Source: Desulfobacterales bacterium
GTDB taxonomy: Bacteria > Desulfobacterota > Desulfobacteria > Desulfobacterales > UBA2174
Direction: 5' to 3'
Assembly (NCBI GenBank): GCA_963668645.2
Contig: CAXXWC010000019.1
Coordinates: 32,001 to 96,000, forward strand
DNA: 64,000 bases
The position numbers were made by a program, and so were the translations under genes. The notes below the pieces were generated by a model. It saw only the letters and a program-made list of their open reading frames with translations, was not told where the DNA came from and ran no database searches. Shown here piece after piece: positions 1 to 8,741 of this stretch. The first letter of the stretch is position 1; each line of letters opens with the position of its first letter.

Positions 1-283
1 AAATCACCACCAGATCGACGCAGGCCAAAGCCGCCAATACTTCGGCCCGATCCGACTGGGGGTTGATCGGACGCTGCGGCCCCTTGATCCTCGTTACCGA
101 GGCATCGCTGTTAAGGCCGACCACGAGTCGCTCGCCCAACCGTCTGGCCGCCTCCAGGTAATGGACGTGACCGCGGTGCAGCAGGTCAAAACAGCCGTTG
201 GTAAAGACGATCCGCCGTCCGGCGGACCGTTCAAGGTCCAGACGCCGGACGGCGGTATCACAGGAAACAATCTTTTCGTTCAT
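1..283 (-). CDS. rfaE2: D-glycero-beta-D-manno-heptose 1-phosphate adenylyltransferase (3' end runs off the window)
   Basis: Manual translation from ATG at 283: MNEKIVS...[49 protein letters not shown]. HxGH nucleotidyltransferase motif and RfaE domain II signature. Not in the supplied ORF track. Confidence 0.92.
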   Translation of the reverse strand, partial: MNEKIVSCDTAVRRLDLERSAGRRIVFTNGCFDLLHRGHVHYLEAARRLGERLVVGLNSDASVTRIKGPQRPINPQSDRAEVLAALACVDLVVI

Positions 284-336
284 GGCGGGTATGATCCGGT
301 CGGCACCGCGGGCTGTTCAAGCCGCCCGCGGCGACT

Positions 337-2037
337 TCAGTCAAGCCGAGTCGGGGCCTCCAGGCCCCGGGCAATCTCCTGGGGGAAAAATGGCCGGCCG
401 TCGCTTTTAAGAATCCCGCCGGCGGCCACCAGCCCCGTCTGCTCGCGCAGCAGCCGGCCGAGCTGGCCCGTAACGTTCTGCTCCACCACGATAAAGCGCC
501 GCCCGTCAAGAACCCGGGCCGCTGCCTGCGACGGGAAGGGCCACAGATCGGTAAAATGGACCGCGCCCACCGATCGGCCTTCTTCGCGCAGCCCTTCGAC
601 GGCCTCTAAAAGGGCCCCCCGGGTCGATCCCCATCCCACCAGAAGGGTTTCGGCATCCGGGTGAATCACCTCGGGCGCGCGGAGCGCATCGCGCATGGCA
701 GGAAGCTTGGCAAACCGCTTGGCCACCATCTGCTGCCGGTCGGCGATTTTTTCGCTGATATGACCGTCTTCGCGGTGCTCGTCGCTGCAGGCCACCACCC
801 GGGCCCGTCCCCGGCAGGGCAGGGCACGCGGAGAGACGCCGTCCACGCCGGGGGCGAATCGCCGGTAGGCCTCGGGATCTTCCAAATCGGCATCACCGAT
901 CACGTACCGGGTCACGGCCGCAACAGGCCCCAAAGCGGGTGTGGTAAAGAGTGAATCGTTGAAATACTGGTCCACCAATACGATGGCCGGCACCTGAAAG
1001 CGTTCGGCCAGATCAAAGGCCCGGATCATGGCATCGAAAGCCTGGGCCGGGGATCCGGGAGCCAGGACGAAGCGCGGGAACTCGTCCTGGGACGCGTGGA
1101 TCACGAAATTCAAGTCTCCCTGGGCCGTACGGGTGGGCAGACCGGTGGCCGGACCGGGTCGCATGGCATCCACCACCACCATGGGCGTTTCGGTGATGGC
1201 GGCCAGCCCCAGGGCCTCGGTCATCAGGCAGAATCCCCCCCCGGAGGTGGCCGTCATGGCCCGCGCCCCGGCAAAGGCCGCACCGATGACCATATTGGCG
1301 GCGGCGATCTCGTCTTCGGCCTGCTCGACGGCAAGTGGGAAAATCCCCGACAATTCGGTGAGTTGGGCCAAAATCCCGGTGGCCGGAGACATGGGGTAGA
1401 AAGCGGCGACGCGGCAGTCGGCCGCCGCCGCACCCAGCGCCAAGGCCCGGGTGCCGTCCATCAGATACCCCTGCACCGGAAGATCCCAGGTCCCGGGGAT
1501 GCGGCCGGCAAAGGGAACCTGGGCCGCGGCGTAGCCCAGATCGAAGGCCCGCCGATTCTGGTCGATCAGAGTTTGACCCTTGTCCCGGAACTGGTGTGCC
1601 AGAATTTCGTGCCCCAGGGCAGCAGGAGCCCCCAGCAATCCCAGGCAGGCCCCGGCCGCCACGGTGTTGGCCAGAATCCGCCCTCCGGCCTCGTTGGCCA
1701 TATCGGCAAAGGGCAGGTTGAGCACCTTTTCGCCTTCGAGGCCGGCCGCCGCGTCGGCCAGGGTCAGCCCGTCGCGCACCAGTTCGTGGCGGTGTTCGCT
1801 GTACGTCCTGCGGTCCAGCGCCACCAGCAGGTCGATGCGATGGTGGGGCGCCGCCACGTCTCGATCGGCGATGCGCACCTGCATGAAGCTGTGGCCGCCG
1901 CGGATCCGCGATTCAAAGTCGTTGACCGCCATGACATGCAGCCCGGCCCGGTGGCAAACCGCAGCCAGTACGTGCCCCACGGTTTGAATCCCCTGGCCGG
2001 CCTCCCCACCGATTTTTACGGTCCGGTCGATCCCCAT
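337..2037 (-). CDS. 2-oxoacid:acceptor oxidoreductase subunit alpha (gamma-alpha fusion type)
   Basis: IGGEAGQGIQT, SRIRGGH, FYPMSPAT, EQAEDEIAA, TATSGGGF, RPGPATGLPTRTAQGD motifs. Start moved to ATG 2037 behind an AGGAGG RBS. Confidence 0.93.
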   Translation of the reverse strand: MGIDRTVKIGGEAGQGIQTVGHVLAAVCHRAGLHVMAVNDFESRIRGGHSFMQVRIADRDVAAPHHRIDLLVALDRRTYSEHRHELVRDGLTLADAAAGLEGEKVLNLPFADMANEAGGRILANTVAAGACLGLLGAPAALGHEILAHQFRDKGQTLIDQNRRAFDLGYAAAQVPFAGRIPGTWDLPVQGYLMDGTRALALGAAAADCRVAAFYPMSPATGILAQLTELSGIFPLAVEQAEDEIAAANMVIGAAFAGARAMTATSGGGFCLMTEALGLAAITETPMVVVDAMRPGPATGLPTRTAQGDLNFVIHASQDEFPRFVLAPGSPAQAFDAMIRAFDLAERFQVPAIVLVDQYFNDSLFTTPALGPVAAVTRYVIGDADLEDPEAYRRFAPGVDGVSPRALPCRGRARVVACSDEHREDGHISEKIADRQQMVAKRFAKLPAMRDALRAPEVIHPDAETLLVGWGSTRGALLEAVEGLREEGRSVGAVHFTDLWPFPSQAAARVLDGRRFIVVEQNVTGQLGRLLREQTGLVAAGGILKSDGRPFFPQEIARGLEAPTRLD

Positions 2038-2177
2038 CGATCCTCCTTTTCCAGGTTGACCACTTACACCTTGCCATATCAATAACCAACACCGGGGCAA
2101 ATGGCAACATCGGGGGGCGGCGATTATCGCAGAAGCGCTTTCGATGCAGCAAGATTGTCTCGGCCGCCGAGACGCAA

Positions 2178-2210
2178 CCGGCCGACAGGCGGGACAGCCC
2201 TGTCGGCCGG
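2178..2210. terminator. 12-bp GC-rich inverted repeat downstream of the PilZ gene
   Basis: CCGGCCGACAGG-N9-CCTGTCGGCCGG. No clear U-tract. Confidence 0.4.
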
Positions 2211-2240
2211 GGGGAACAGGCGGCAGGCCGCCTGAGGGGC

Positions 2241-2765
2241 TCAACTGCAGGTATAATGACGGATGAACTCTTCCAGTTGCCGGCGCTGTTCTTGCAACGG
2301 GACCTCAAATACCAGTCCGGCCTGCCGTAGCGGCATGTAATCGACATCGATGTCATCGGCCAGACCGCGGTCCCACACGACCCGAAAAGGCAATCCGGTG
2401 AGGTGAAACCCGGTTTCGGCGGACAGGATGTCGAGCACCAGCGGCTCGTCGACCACTGCACCGCTTTCGACATAACTGAAGCTCAACCCGCCGACACTGA
2501 TGTCATGAACCTGGCCCATATGTAAAGGGTGCATGCGGTACATGGCAAAGGCAATATCGCCCATGCCCAGATCCTGGATATGCGGCGGTACTGTCCTAGC
2601 GGCACGCAGAATGGCAAAAATACCCGGCCTGACCGCACGCCGGGGTTGAACCCGGCGCTCACCGCCGCAAGCGATCCCCTGCCTTGGCGCAGGATCCATC
2701 GACAGCGGCATGCCCATTGCCTCACCTTCCCTCTCAAAGACGGCATGATGCTTGGATGGCTTCAT
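2241..2765 (-). CDS. PilZ-domain (c-di-GMP-binding) protein
   Basis: ERRVQPR (RxxxR) and HDISVGG (DxSxGG) motifs. Start codon uncertain. Confidence 0.8.
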   Translation of the reverse strand: MKPSKHHAVFEREGEAMGMPLSMDPAPRQGIACGGERRVQPRRAVRPGIFAILRAARTVPPHIQDLGMGDIAFAMYRMHPLHMGQVHDISVGGLSFSYVESGAVVDEPLVLDILSAETGFHLTGLPFRVVWDRGLADDIDVDYMPLRQAGLVFEVPLQEQRRQLEEFIRHYTCS

Positions 2766-2863
2766 GGTCCCTCTTAAATGGTTAAGACTTTGAAATCAAT
2801 TGGAAAGCAAGCCACAGCAACCCTGATCCAGACCTCAGCGGCTTTTTTCGGAGCGGCCGGCCC

Positions 2864-3088
2864 TCAAAGGCAGTACCGGCGCCAGGGGCAATCGATGCGA
2901 TCGCAATCTTGCGCGCCGGTTTCAAAACAAGGGCTCTCGCCTTCGGCCCGCTGGAGGCTGCGAATCAGGGCTGTTATGTCCACACGGCCCGCTGTGGGTT
3001 GGGGGTCGCAGGAGCGGCTGGTGGAGATATCCGGAGAATTGACGTCTGAAGGGAAAATCGGCTTGAACGCTGTCGGTTTCGAATCCAT
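2864..3088 (-). CDS. Small Cys-rich protein (SAP-domain-like family common in deltaproteobacteria)
   Basis: LIRSLQRAEG..PCF.T...CDRIDCPWRRYCL pattern with four conserved-looking Cys. Confidence 0.65.
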   Translation of the reverse strand: MDSKPTAFKPIFPSDVNSPDISTSRSCDPQPTAGRVDITALIRSLQRAEGESPCFETGAQDCDRIDCPWRRYCL

Positions 3089-3230
3089 GCGGCCCCGATC
3101 TTGTCCTGCAACGGCCGACAACACCACATCGTTGAATGTTTATGGCCCGGGCGCACCGGTTTGTCCATGAACCGAAGGCCTTATTTTGGCCGGGAGAAAA
3201 TCCCGTGCCGGACACTTTCGAGCGCCCGGC

Positions 3231-3908
3231 TCATCGTCCCCAGTGTTGCAGGTCGATCAGACCGATACGCGCCGCATAGCGCACCAGCTCCATGGTTCCA
3301 CTCAGGCCGAGCTTGCGCAGAATGTTGGAGCGGTGGTTTTCCACCGTTTTGGCGCTGATGCCCAGCCCCTCGGCAACCTGGCGCGGGCTGTGCCCCTCGG
3401 CCAGGCGGCGCATGACTTCCTGTTCGCGGCGCGTCAGACGCCCGTAGGCGGCATCACCGGCACCAGGGCCGGCGGCCTGGACATTCATCAGGCGCTGCAC
3501 AACCTCCCGGGAAATGCCGCTGTCCAGATAGTATTCTCCGGCCGATACCACCTCCAGGGCCTGGAGCAGGCGATCGGCGGCCGACTCCTTGACCACATAA
3601 CCGGTGGCCCCGGCCTGAAAGGCCTCGACGATGTAGTCGACCCGGGCGTGCATGCTCACGATGAGCACCCGGGCAGCCGCAACCCGGGAACGGATATCGC
3701 GGGTCAGATCGATGCCGCTGCGGTCCGGCAGGCTGATGTCGACGATCACCAGGTCCGGGGTCAGGTCCAGGGCCTTTTGCAGCCCGCTACGGGCCGTGCC
3801 GGCCTCGGCCACGATCTCGAACCGGGCACTGCGGGCGATGATGGCCTTGAGCCCCTCGCGAAAAAGGGGATGGTCGTCGACGATCAAAAGGCGCTGGGAT
3901 CGTTTCAC
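3231..3908 (-). CDS. NarL/FixJ-family response regulator (REC + LuxR HTH)
   Basis: LLIVDDHPLFREGL, PDLVIVDISLP, GYVVK, LTRREQEV...SAKTVENHRSNILRKL. GTG start overlaps the kinase stop (GTGA). Confidence 0.93.
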   Translation of the reverse strand: MKRSQRLLIVDDHPLFREGLKAIIARSARFEIVAEAGTARSGLQKALDLTPDLVIVDISLPDRSGIDLTRDIRSRVAAARVLIVSMHARVDYIVEAFQAGATGYVVKESAADRLLQALEVVSAGEYYLDSGISREVVQRLMNVQAAGPGAGDAAYGRLTRREQEVMRRLAEGHSPRQVAEGLGISAKTVENHRSNILRKLGLSGTMELVRYAARIGLIDLQHWGR

Positions 3909-5065
3909 GGGGTGACCGGCCTCTCCTGAACCAGGGGATCCGCGGAGGGGAACAGGGGCGCCTCCAGGTAGAGGCGCGTCCCTTTTCCGGGCCGCGTGGT
4001 GATGCGCATCCGCCCGCCGAGCAAGCGGGCCCGCTCCTCCATACTCTGCAAGCCCATGCGGCGCTGCTCGCGCACGGCCTCCAAGCGCTCGGCAGGATCG
4101 AATCCGCACCCGTTGTCCTGAATCCGCAGCACGATGTACGGAGCGCTGGCCACCAGCCGCACCGTCACCCGGGTGGCCTTGGCATGCCGGCGGATGTTGT
4201 GCAACGCTTCCTGGAACACCCTGTAAAGGTTGATTTCCAGTTCGGCCGAAAGTTTCAGCCCCTGCACGCCGACCGCACAAAAATCCACCGGGATGCCGTT
4301 GGCGGCGCTGAAGGACTGGCAGTCGTGCAAGAGGGTGCGTTCCAGGCCGAGCTGATCGAGCCCCGGCGGCCGCAGATCGTAAGCCAGGGCCCTGACGGCG
4401 TCGATGGCGCGTTGAAGCTGGGCCGCCATCTTCTCCATGTGCGGCTTGAGGCGCGCACCGGCCTCGATTTCGCCGTCCAGGAGCGTCGCACACAGAATCT
4501 TGAGGATCGAGAGATCCTGGGCGATCTGGTCGTGCAGGTGGCGGGAAATATTGAGCCGCTCCTTTTCCTGGGCCCGCATCAATTTCTGGGTCAACTGGCG
4601 GATGCGCGCCTCGGCGCGGATGCGCGCACCGATATCGTAAAGCAGGACCATCGCGGCGCGGCGTCCCTCGAAGGACGTCACCGTCAGGTTGAGTTCCACC
4701 TCGATACGCCGGCCGTCGGCCGCCACCACAACGGTCTCGAAGCATTGCTCCAGCTGCGCCTGGGTATCGAATCTTTCCCGCACGGCGGCCACCACGGCGC
4801 TTTGGTCCCCAGAAACAAATTCTTCGAAACAACGACCGAGCAAGGCCTCCCGGGGATGCATGAGCATCTGGCAGAGGCGGCTGTTGACGTAGCGCAGCAC
4901 CCGGTCATAGATGATGCAGATCCCGGCCTTGGACAACTCGGTCAGATGGCGGTACTGGGCCTCGCTTTCCTGCAAACGGCGATGGGCGGCCGCCATGGCC
5001 GCCAATTCTTTTTCAAGACGGGCCGCCTGGGCCTTACACGCGGCCATGTCGCCGGCAGTGCTCAT
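3905..5065 (-). CDS. Cytoplasmic PAS-domain sensor histidine kinase (HisKA_3, NarX/UhpB type)
   Basis: PAS region, ERLNISRHLHDQIAQDL H-box, LRPPGLD, QEALHNIRRHA, DNGCGFD, MGLQSMEER. ATG overlaps the upstream stop (ATGA). Confidence 0.92.
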   Translation of the reverse strand: MSTAGDMAACKAQAARLEKELAAMAAAHRRLQESEAQYRHLTELSKAGICIIYDRVLRYVNSRLCQMLMHPREALLGRCFEEFVSGDQSAVVAAVRERFDTQAQLEQCFETVVVAADGRRIEVELNLTVTSFEGRRAAMVLLYDIGARIRAEARIRQLTQKLMRAQEKERLNISRHLHDQIAQDLSILKILCATLLDGEIEAGARLKPHMEKMAAQLQRAIDAVRALAYDLRPPGLDQLGLERTLLHDCQSFSAANGIPVDFCAVGVQGLKLSAELEINLYRVFQEALHNIRRHAKATRVTVRLVASAPYIVLRIQDNGCGFDPAERLEAVREQRRMGLQSMEERARLLGGRMRITTRPGKGTRLYLEAPLFPSADPLVQERPVTP

Positions 5066-5853
5066 CGCCGCCCCTGGTCCGCCCGGCCCGAGGTGGTGAT
5101 ATAAGGCGCGGCCCAGGCCCCGATCAAGGTGCCGGCATAGCGTGCATCGGCCGGCCGGCTGAGCAGGTGGTCGGCCCGATCCAGGCAGACGAAGCTTTTC
5201 GGATGCCGGGCGGCGGCGAAGATCCGCCCGGCATGTTCGATGCCCACCGTTTCGTCCAGGGGGGCGTGCAGCACGAGCAGGGGCTTTGCCAGCCGTGCAA
5301 TGGCCTGGTTCAGGCGAACGGCGGTGACATCCTCCAGAAACCCCCGCCCCACGGTAAACGGACGCCCGGCGATCATCACGCGGGCCTCGCCTTCGGTCTC
5401 GATGGCCTGGCTCTGGTCCGCCAGATGGCGCAGCACGTAGGCCGGATCGGCCGGTGCGCCCACCGTCACCACGGCCTGTATACTCTCGATGCGCCCGGCG
5501 GCCATCAGGGCCGCCGCCCCGCCCAGCGAATGGCCGATCAGCAGACGGGGGGCCTGCACCTCGCGGGCCAGATAGGCGGCGGCATCTTCCAGATCCTCGA
5601 CGCTGGAGGTGAAGGTGGTCTGGCTGAAGCACCCCTGGCTGGCGCCGATCCCGGTAAAATCGAAGCGCAGCACCATCAGGCCGGCACTGGCCAGGGCCCG
5701 GCTCAGATAAAAAGCCCCCTTGAGGTCCTTGCCGCAGGTAAAACAGTGGGCATAGAGGGCCACCGCCCGCGGCGATGCGGCTTCCGGTAGATCGAGGCGC
5801 CCCGCCAGTTTAAGGCCCCTGCGATTGGTAAAGGTCAAGGATTTTGACGGCAT
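5062..5853 (-). CDS. Alpha/beta-fold hydrolase (like the N-terminal domain of hydrolase-OsmC fusions, without OsmC)
   Basis: AHCFTCGKD, LRFDFTG.G.S.G, GHSLGG nucleophile elbow, LHAPLD, ADHLL. Confidence 0.88.
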   Translation of the reverse strand: MPSKSLTFTNRRGLKLAGRLDLPEAASPRAVALYAHCFTCGKDLKGAFYLSRALASAGLMVLRFDFTGIGASQGCFSQTTFTSSVEDLEDAAAYLAREVQAPRLLIGHSLGGAAALMAAGRIESIQAVVTVGAPADPAYVLRHLADQSQAIETEGEARVMIAGRPFTVGRGFLEDVTAVRLNQAIARLAKPLLVLHAPLDETVGIEHAGRIFAAARHPKSFVCLDRADHLLSRPADARYAGTLIGAWAAPYITTSGRADQGRR

Positions 5854-5886
5854 GGTAGGATTCCGATCCGGCGCGAAGCCGCCGCC

Positions 5887-7122
5887 TCAACCATGACGCA
5901 GGGCGTCGACCGGGTTGAGGCGGGCCGCCCGCCGGGATGGATAAAGGGTGGCCAAAAAACAGATCAACAGCGCGCAAACCACGATCATGACGACATCCGG
6001 GACCTGCACCGCCACCGGCAGGCGCGTAAACGGATAGATCTTGGGGTCGAGCTCGATGAATTGGTAGCGGCCAAGCAGCACGCAAAGCCCCAACCCCCCG
6101 GCCAAGCCCATGAGGGTGCCGGCCAGGCCGATGAGCATCCCTTTGAAGACGAAAATCTTGCCGATGCTTCCATCCGTTGCGCCCATGGCCTTGAGGATGG
6201 CGATATCACGGGTTTTTTCGGTGACCATCATGAACAGGGTGCCGGCCACGTTGAAGGCCGCCACCAGAACGATGAGGGTCAGGATGACGAACATCACCGT
6301 CTTTTGCAGGCGCAGGGCCCCGAACATGTTATGGTAGAGTTGGGTCCAATCCTTGGCCCAATAGGGAAATCCGAGGGCCGTGACGATCCGTTCCCTGACC
6401 GCCGGAGCCTGGTAGACGTCGCCGACACGCACCCCAATGCCGCTGACCGCATCGCCCAGGCCCATGATCCGCTGCACGTCGCCAAGATGCATGTAACCCA
6501 GGGTTTTGTCGAAATCGTAGAGCCCGGTCTCGATGATGCCCAGCACTTTCAGGCGCTGCATCGCCGGCACATGGGTGACGGCCGACGCCATCCCGCTCGG
6601 CGAAAGCATGAACACCTGATCCCCTTGGACAACCCCGAGCTGGCGGGCCAGCTCCCGGCCCAGAACGATCCCCGGGGGCCCGGGATCGTTTTCACGGCGG
6701 GCGTTGTCGGCTTGAAGCCGATGGAGAAGCGATGGGGGCAGCACCCCGGTCACCCGGCCTTCCAGGACCGGGTCGATGCCGCGCAAAACGGTGCCGGCCG
6801 TCCCCCCGGGCGCGCGCAGCAGGCCGTGGGCATAAACAAAGGGCGCGGCGGATACCACCTGCGGAACGGCCTCGATGCGCTTGAGAATGTCCCGGTAGGC
6901 ACGCAACGCCTCCCCGTAGCGCATCACCAGGATATGGGCGCTGACGCCCAGAACCCGCTCCTGGAAACCGGCCTGGGCCCCGCTCATCACGGCGGTGACG
7001 GTCACCAGCACGGTGACGCCCACCGCCACGCCGGCCAGGGCCAGAAAGGTGATCAGGGATAAAAAGGTCCGGCGCCGTCGCGAACGCAAAAACCGCCGGG
7101 CGATGAAGGATTCATAGGGCAT
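5887..7122 (-). CDS. Lipoprotein-releasing ABC transporter permease, LolC/E family
   Basis: FIARRFLRSRRR..FLSLIT, periplasmic MacB-like domain, LIVLVAAFNV, EKTRDIAILKAMGAT, LYPSRRAARLNPVDALR. Confidence 0.92.
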   Translation of the reverse strand: MPYESFIARRFLRSRRRRTFLSLITFLALAGVAVGVTVLVTVTAVMSGAQAGFQERVLGVSAHILVMRYGEALRAYRDILKRIEAVPQVVSAAPFVYAHGLLRAPGGTAGTVLRGIDPVLEGRVTGVLPPSLLHRLQADNARRENDPGPPGIVLGRELARQLGVVQGDQVFMLSPSGMASAVTHVPAMQRLKVLGIIETGLYDFDKTLGYMHLGDVQRIMGLGDAVSGIGVRVGDVYQAPAVRERIVTALGFPYWAKDWTQLYHNMFGALRLQKTVMFVILTLIVLVAAFNVAGTLFMMVTEKTRDIAILKAMGATDGSIGKIFVFKGMLIGLAGTLMGLAGGLGLCVLLGRYQFIELDPKIYPFTRLPVAVQVPDVVMIVVCALLICFLATLYPSRRAARLNPVDALRHG

Positions 7123-7155
7123 GGGCGAACACGGCCTCCGACGGCGGTCTTGGCG

Positions 7156-7779
7156 TTAGGCTGGCGGATCGGCTGCGGAAGCAGGAGGCAGGTCACCGGC
7201 CAGGGATGCGGCCAGATCCCGGCCGGCCGCATACGCCTCGGCCAGGTATTCGGGATGGGCCAAGACATCCTGTTCGTAATCAAGCTGGCGATAACACAGG
7301 GACCGCCAGAGGTCAAAGTCCAAAGTGTCCAGAAAATAACGCACCGTAAGCAGGGTCCCCTCGAAGAGCCTGCGGCCCCGGGTCGCGCCGGCGGCGATAA
7401 AAAGCGCATTGCGGCGCCTGGCCGCGGCGCGCGCTTCGGCCGTTTCGATCCAGTACTTGCGCACCCAGCGCGACTGGCAGCGGTCCATGAAGATCTTGGT
7501 GTGGGCGCTGACGGTGTAAAAGAAGATCGGCGAGGCGAGCATCAGTGCCCCGGCCTCGTCGATGGCGGCCACCAGATCCTGGAAATCGTCTTCGATTACG
7601 CAGCGCCCTTCCTGCCGGCACCCGTAAATCTCCATGCAGGGACTGATCTTGCGGTCCCGCAGGACGATCTCGGTCACCGCCGCACCAGCCTCGGCCGCGC
7701 CGCGCACCGCCTCCTTGAGCAAAGTGGCGGTATTGCCCCGGCGCCGGGGGCTGCCGTAGATGGCAAGGATTCGATTCAT
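7156..7779 (-). CDS. Flavodoxin-like iron-sulfur flavoprotein / NADPH-dependent FMN reductase family
   Basis: ILAIYGSPRRRGNT, ISPCMEIYGC....C.IEDD, LASPIFF..VSAHTKIFMDR. Confidence 0.88.
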   Translation of the reverse strand: MNRILAIYGSPRRRGNTATLLKEAVRGAAEAGAAVTEIVLRDRKISPCMEIYGCRQEGRCVIEDDFQDLVAAIDEAGALMLASPIFFYTVSAHTKIFMDRCQSRWVRKYWIETAEARAAARRRNALFIAAGATRGRRLFEGTLLTVRYFLDTLDFDLWRSLCYRQLDYEQDVLAHPEYLAEAYAAGRDLAASLAGDLPPASAADPPA

Positions 7780-8004
7780 GGCAACGGTTCCTCCCGCCCC
7801 ACCCTTCCCACAAGGGATGGCGGTTGTCAAATCCGGGGGTGCCAATTGAAGGTTGCGGAGGTTTTCGATTGGGGTTATGAAGCGCGCATCGCCCATTTTG
7901 GCACCTCGCCGGGCGGTGCGCGCCGGTGCGGCGGCGACAAAGGATCTAAACTCTATCCTGCGCCCCGGCCGGCATCTTGTAGGGGCGCCGGCCAAGGAGG
8001 CAAT

Positions 8005-8700
8005 GTGTTCGGTACGTTGATCAACACTCTGGCCATTATTGCCGGCAGTCTGGCCGGAATCCTGCTGCGCGGCGGTCTGCCTGAAGCCTACCGCCTTACC
8101 GTGATCCAGGCGATCGGTCTGGCCGTGCTGCTCATCGGCCTGCGCGGGGCCTTTGGCACCGATGCCATCTTGCTGGTAATCTTCAGCCTTGCGGGCGGCG
8201 CGGTCATCGGGACGGCTTTGAAAATCGAAGAGCGGCTCGAGGGGCTGGGCAGCCTGCTGGAGCGGCGCCTGAGCCGCAGCGGGGAAGGGGTGGCCCGCGG
8301 ATTTGTCACCGCCAGTCTCGTGTTTTGCGTCGGTTCCATGGCCATCGTCGGCTCGCTGGAAAGCGGGCTGACCGGCAACCACCAGACCCTGCTGGCCAAG
8401 TCGGTCCTGGACGGGATCTCCTCGGTCGTGTTCGCCTCCACCTTCGGCATCGGGGTGATGTTCTCGGCGGTCTCGGTGTTCGTTTACCAGGGTCTGATCA
8501 CCCTGAGCGCCACTTTGGTCAAGCCGCTGCTCGTGCCTGAGGTCGTCTCCCAGATGTCGGCTGTCGGAGGGCTGCTGATCGCCGCCATCGGTTTCAACCT
8601 GCTCGACTTTCAGCGCCTGAGGGTGGGCAACATGCTGCCGGCCATCTTCGTGCCGCCGGTGTTCCACATCCTGCAAAAGGCGGTGCAGAACCTGTTTTGA
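8005..8700 (+). CDS. DUF554 (YdfK-family) membrane protein
   Basis: GTLINTLAIIAGS, GFVTASLVFCVGSMAIVGS, KSVLDG, RVGNMLPAI. GTG start after an AGGAGG RBS. Confidence 0.92.
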   Translation: MFGTLINTLAIIAGSLAGILLRGGLPEAYRLTVIQAIGLAVLLIGLRGAFGTDAILLVIFSLAGGAVIGTALKIEERLEGLGSLLERRLSRSGEGVARGFVTASLVFCVGSMAIVGSLESGLTGNHQTLLAKSVLDGISSVVFASTFGIGVMFSAVSVFVYQGLITLSATLVKPLLVPEVVSQMSAVGGLLIAAIGFNLLDFQRLRVGNMLPAIFVPPVFHILQKAVQNLF

Positions 8701-8741
8701 CATCCCGCCGCTTCAATTTTTTGCGACGCACAGGAAGAGAC

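Noticed and set aside
3195..3210. Sigma54 promoter (minus strand CGGCAC-N5-TTTCT) upstream of the SAP-like gene
   Set aside because: The invariant -12 GC is missing.
3231..8703. Long N-terminal extensions of track ORFs 3231-4832, 3905-5632, 7150-8700 and 7156-8703
   Set aside because: The extensions overlap real neighbouring genes and read as low-complexity Arg/Gly/Pro. Internal starts with RBS or stop-start overlap fit better.
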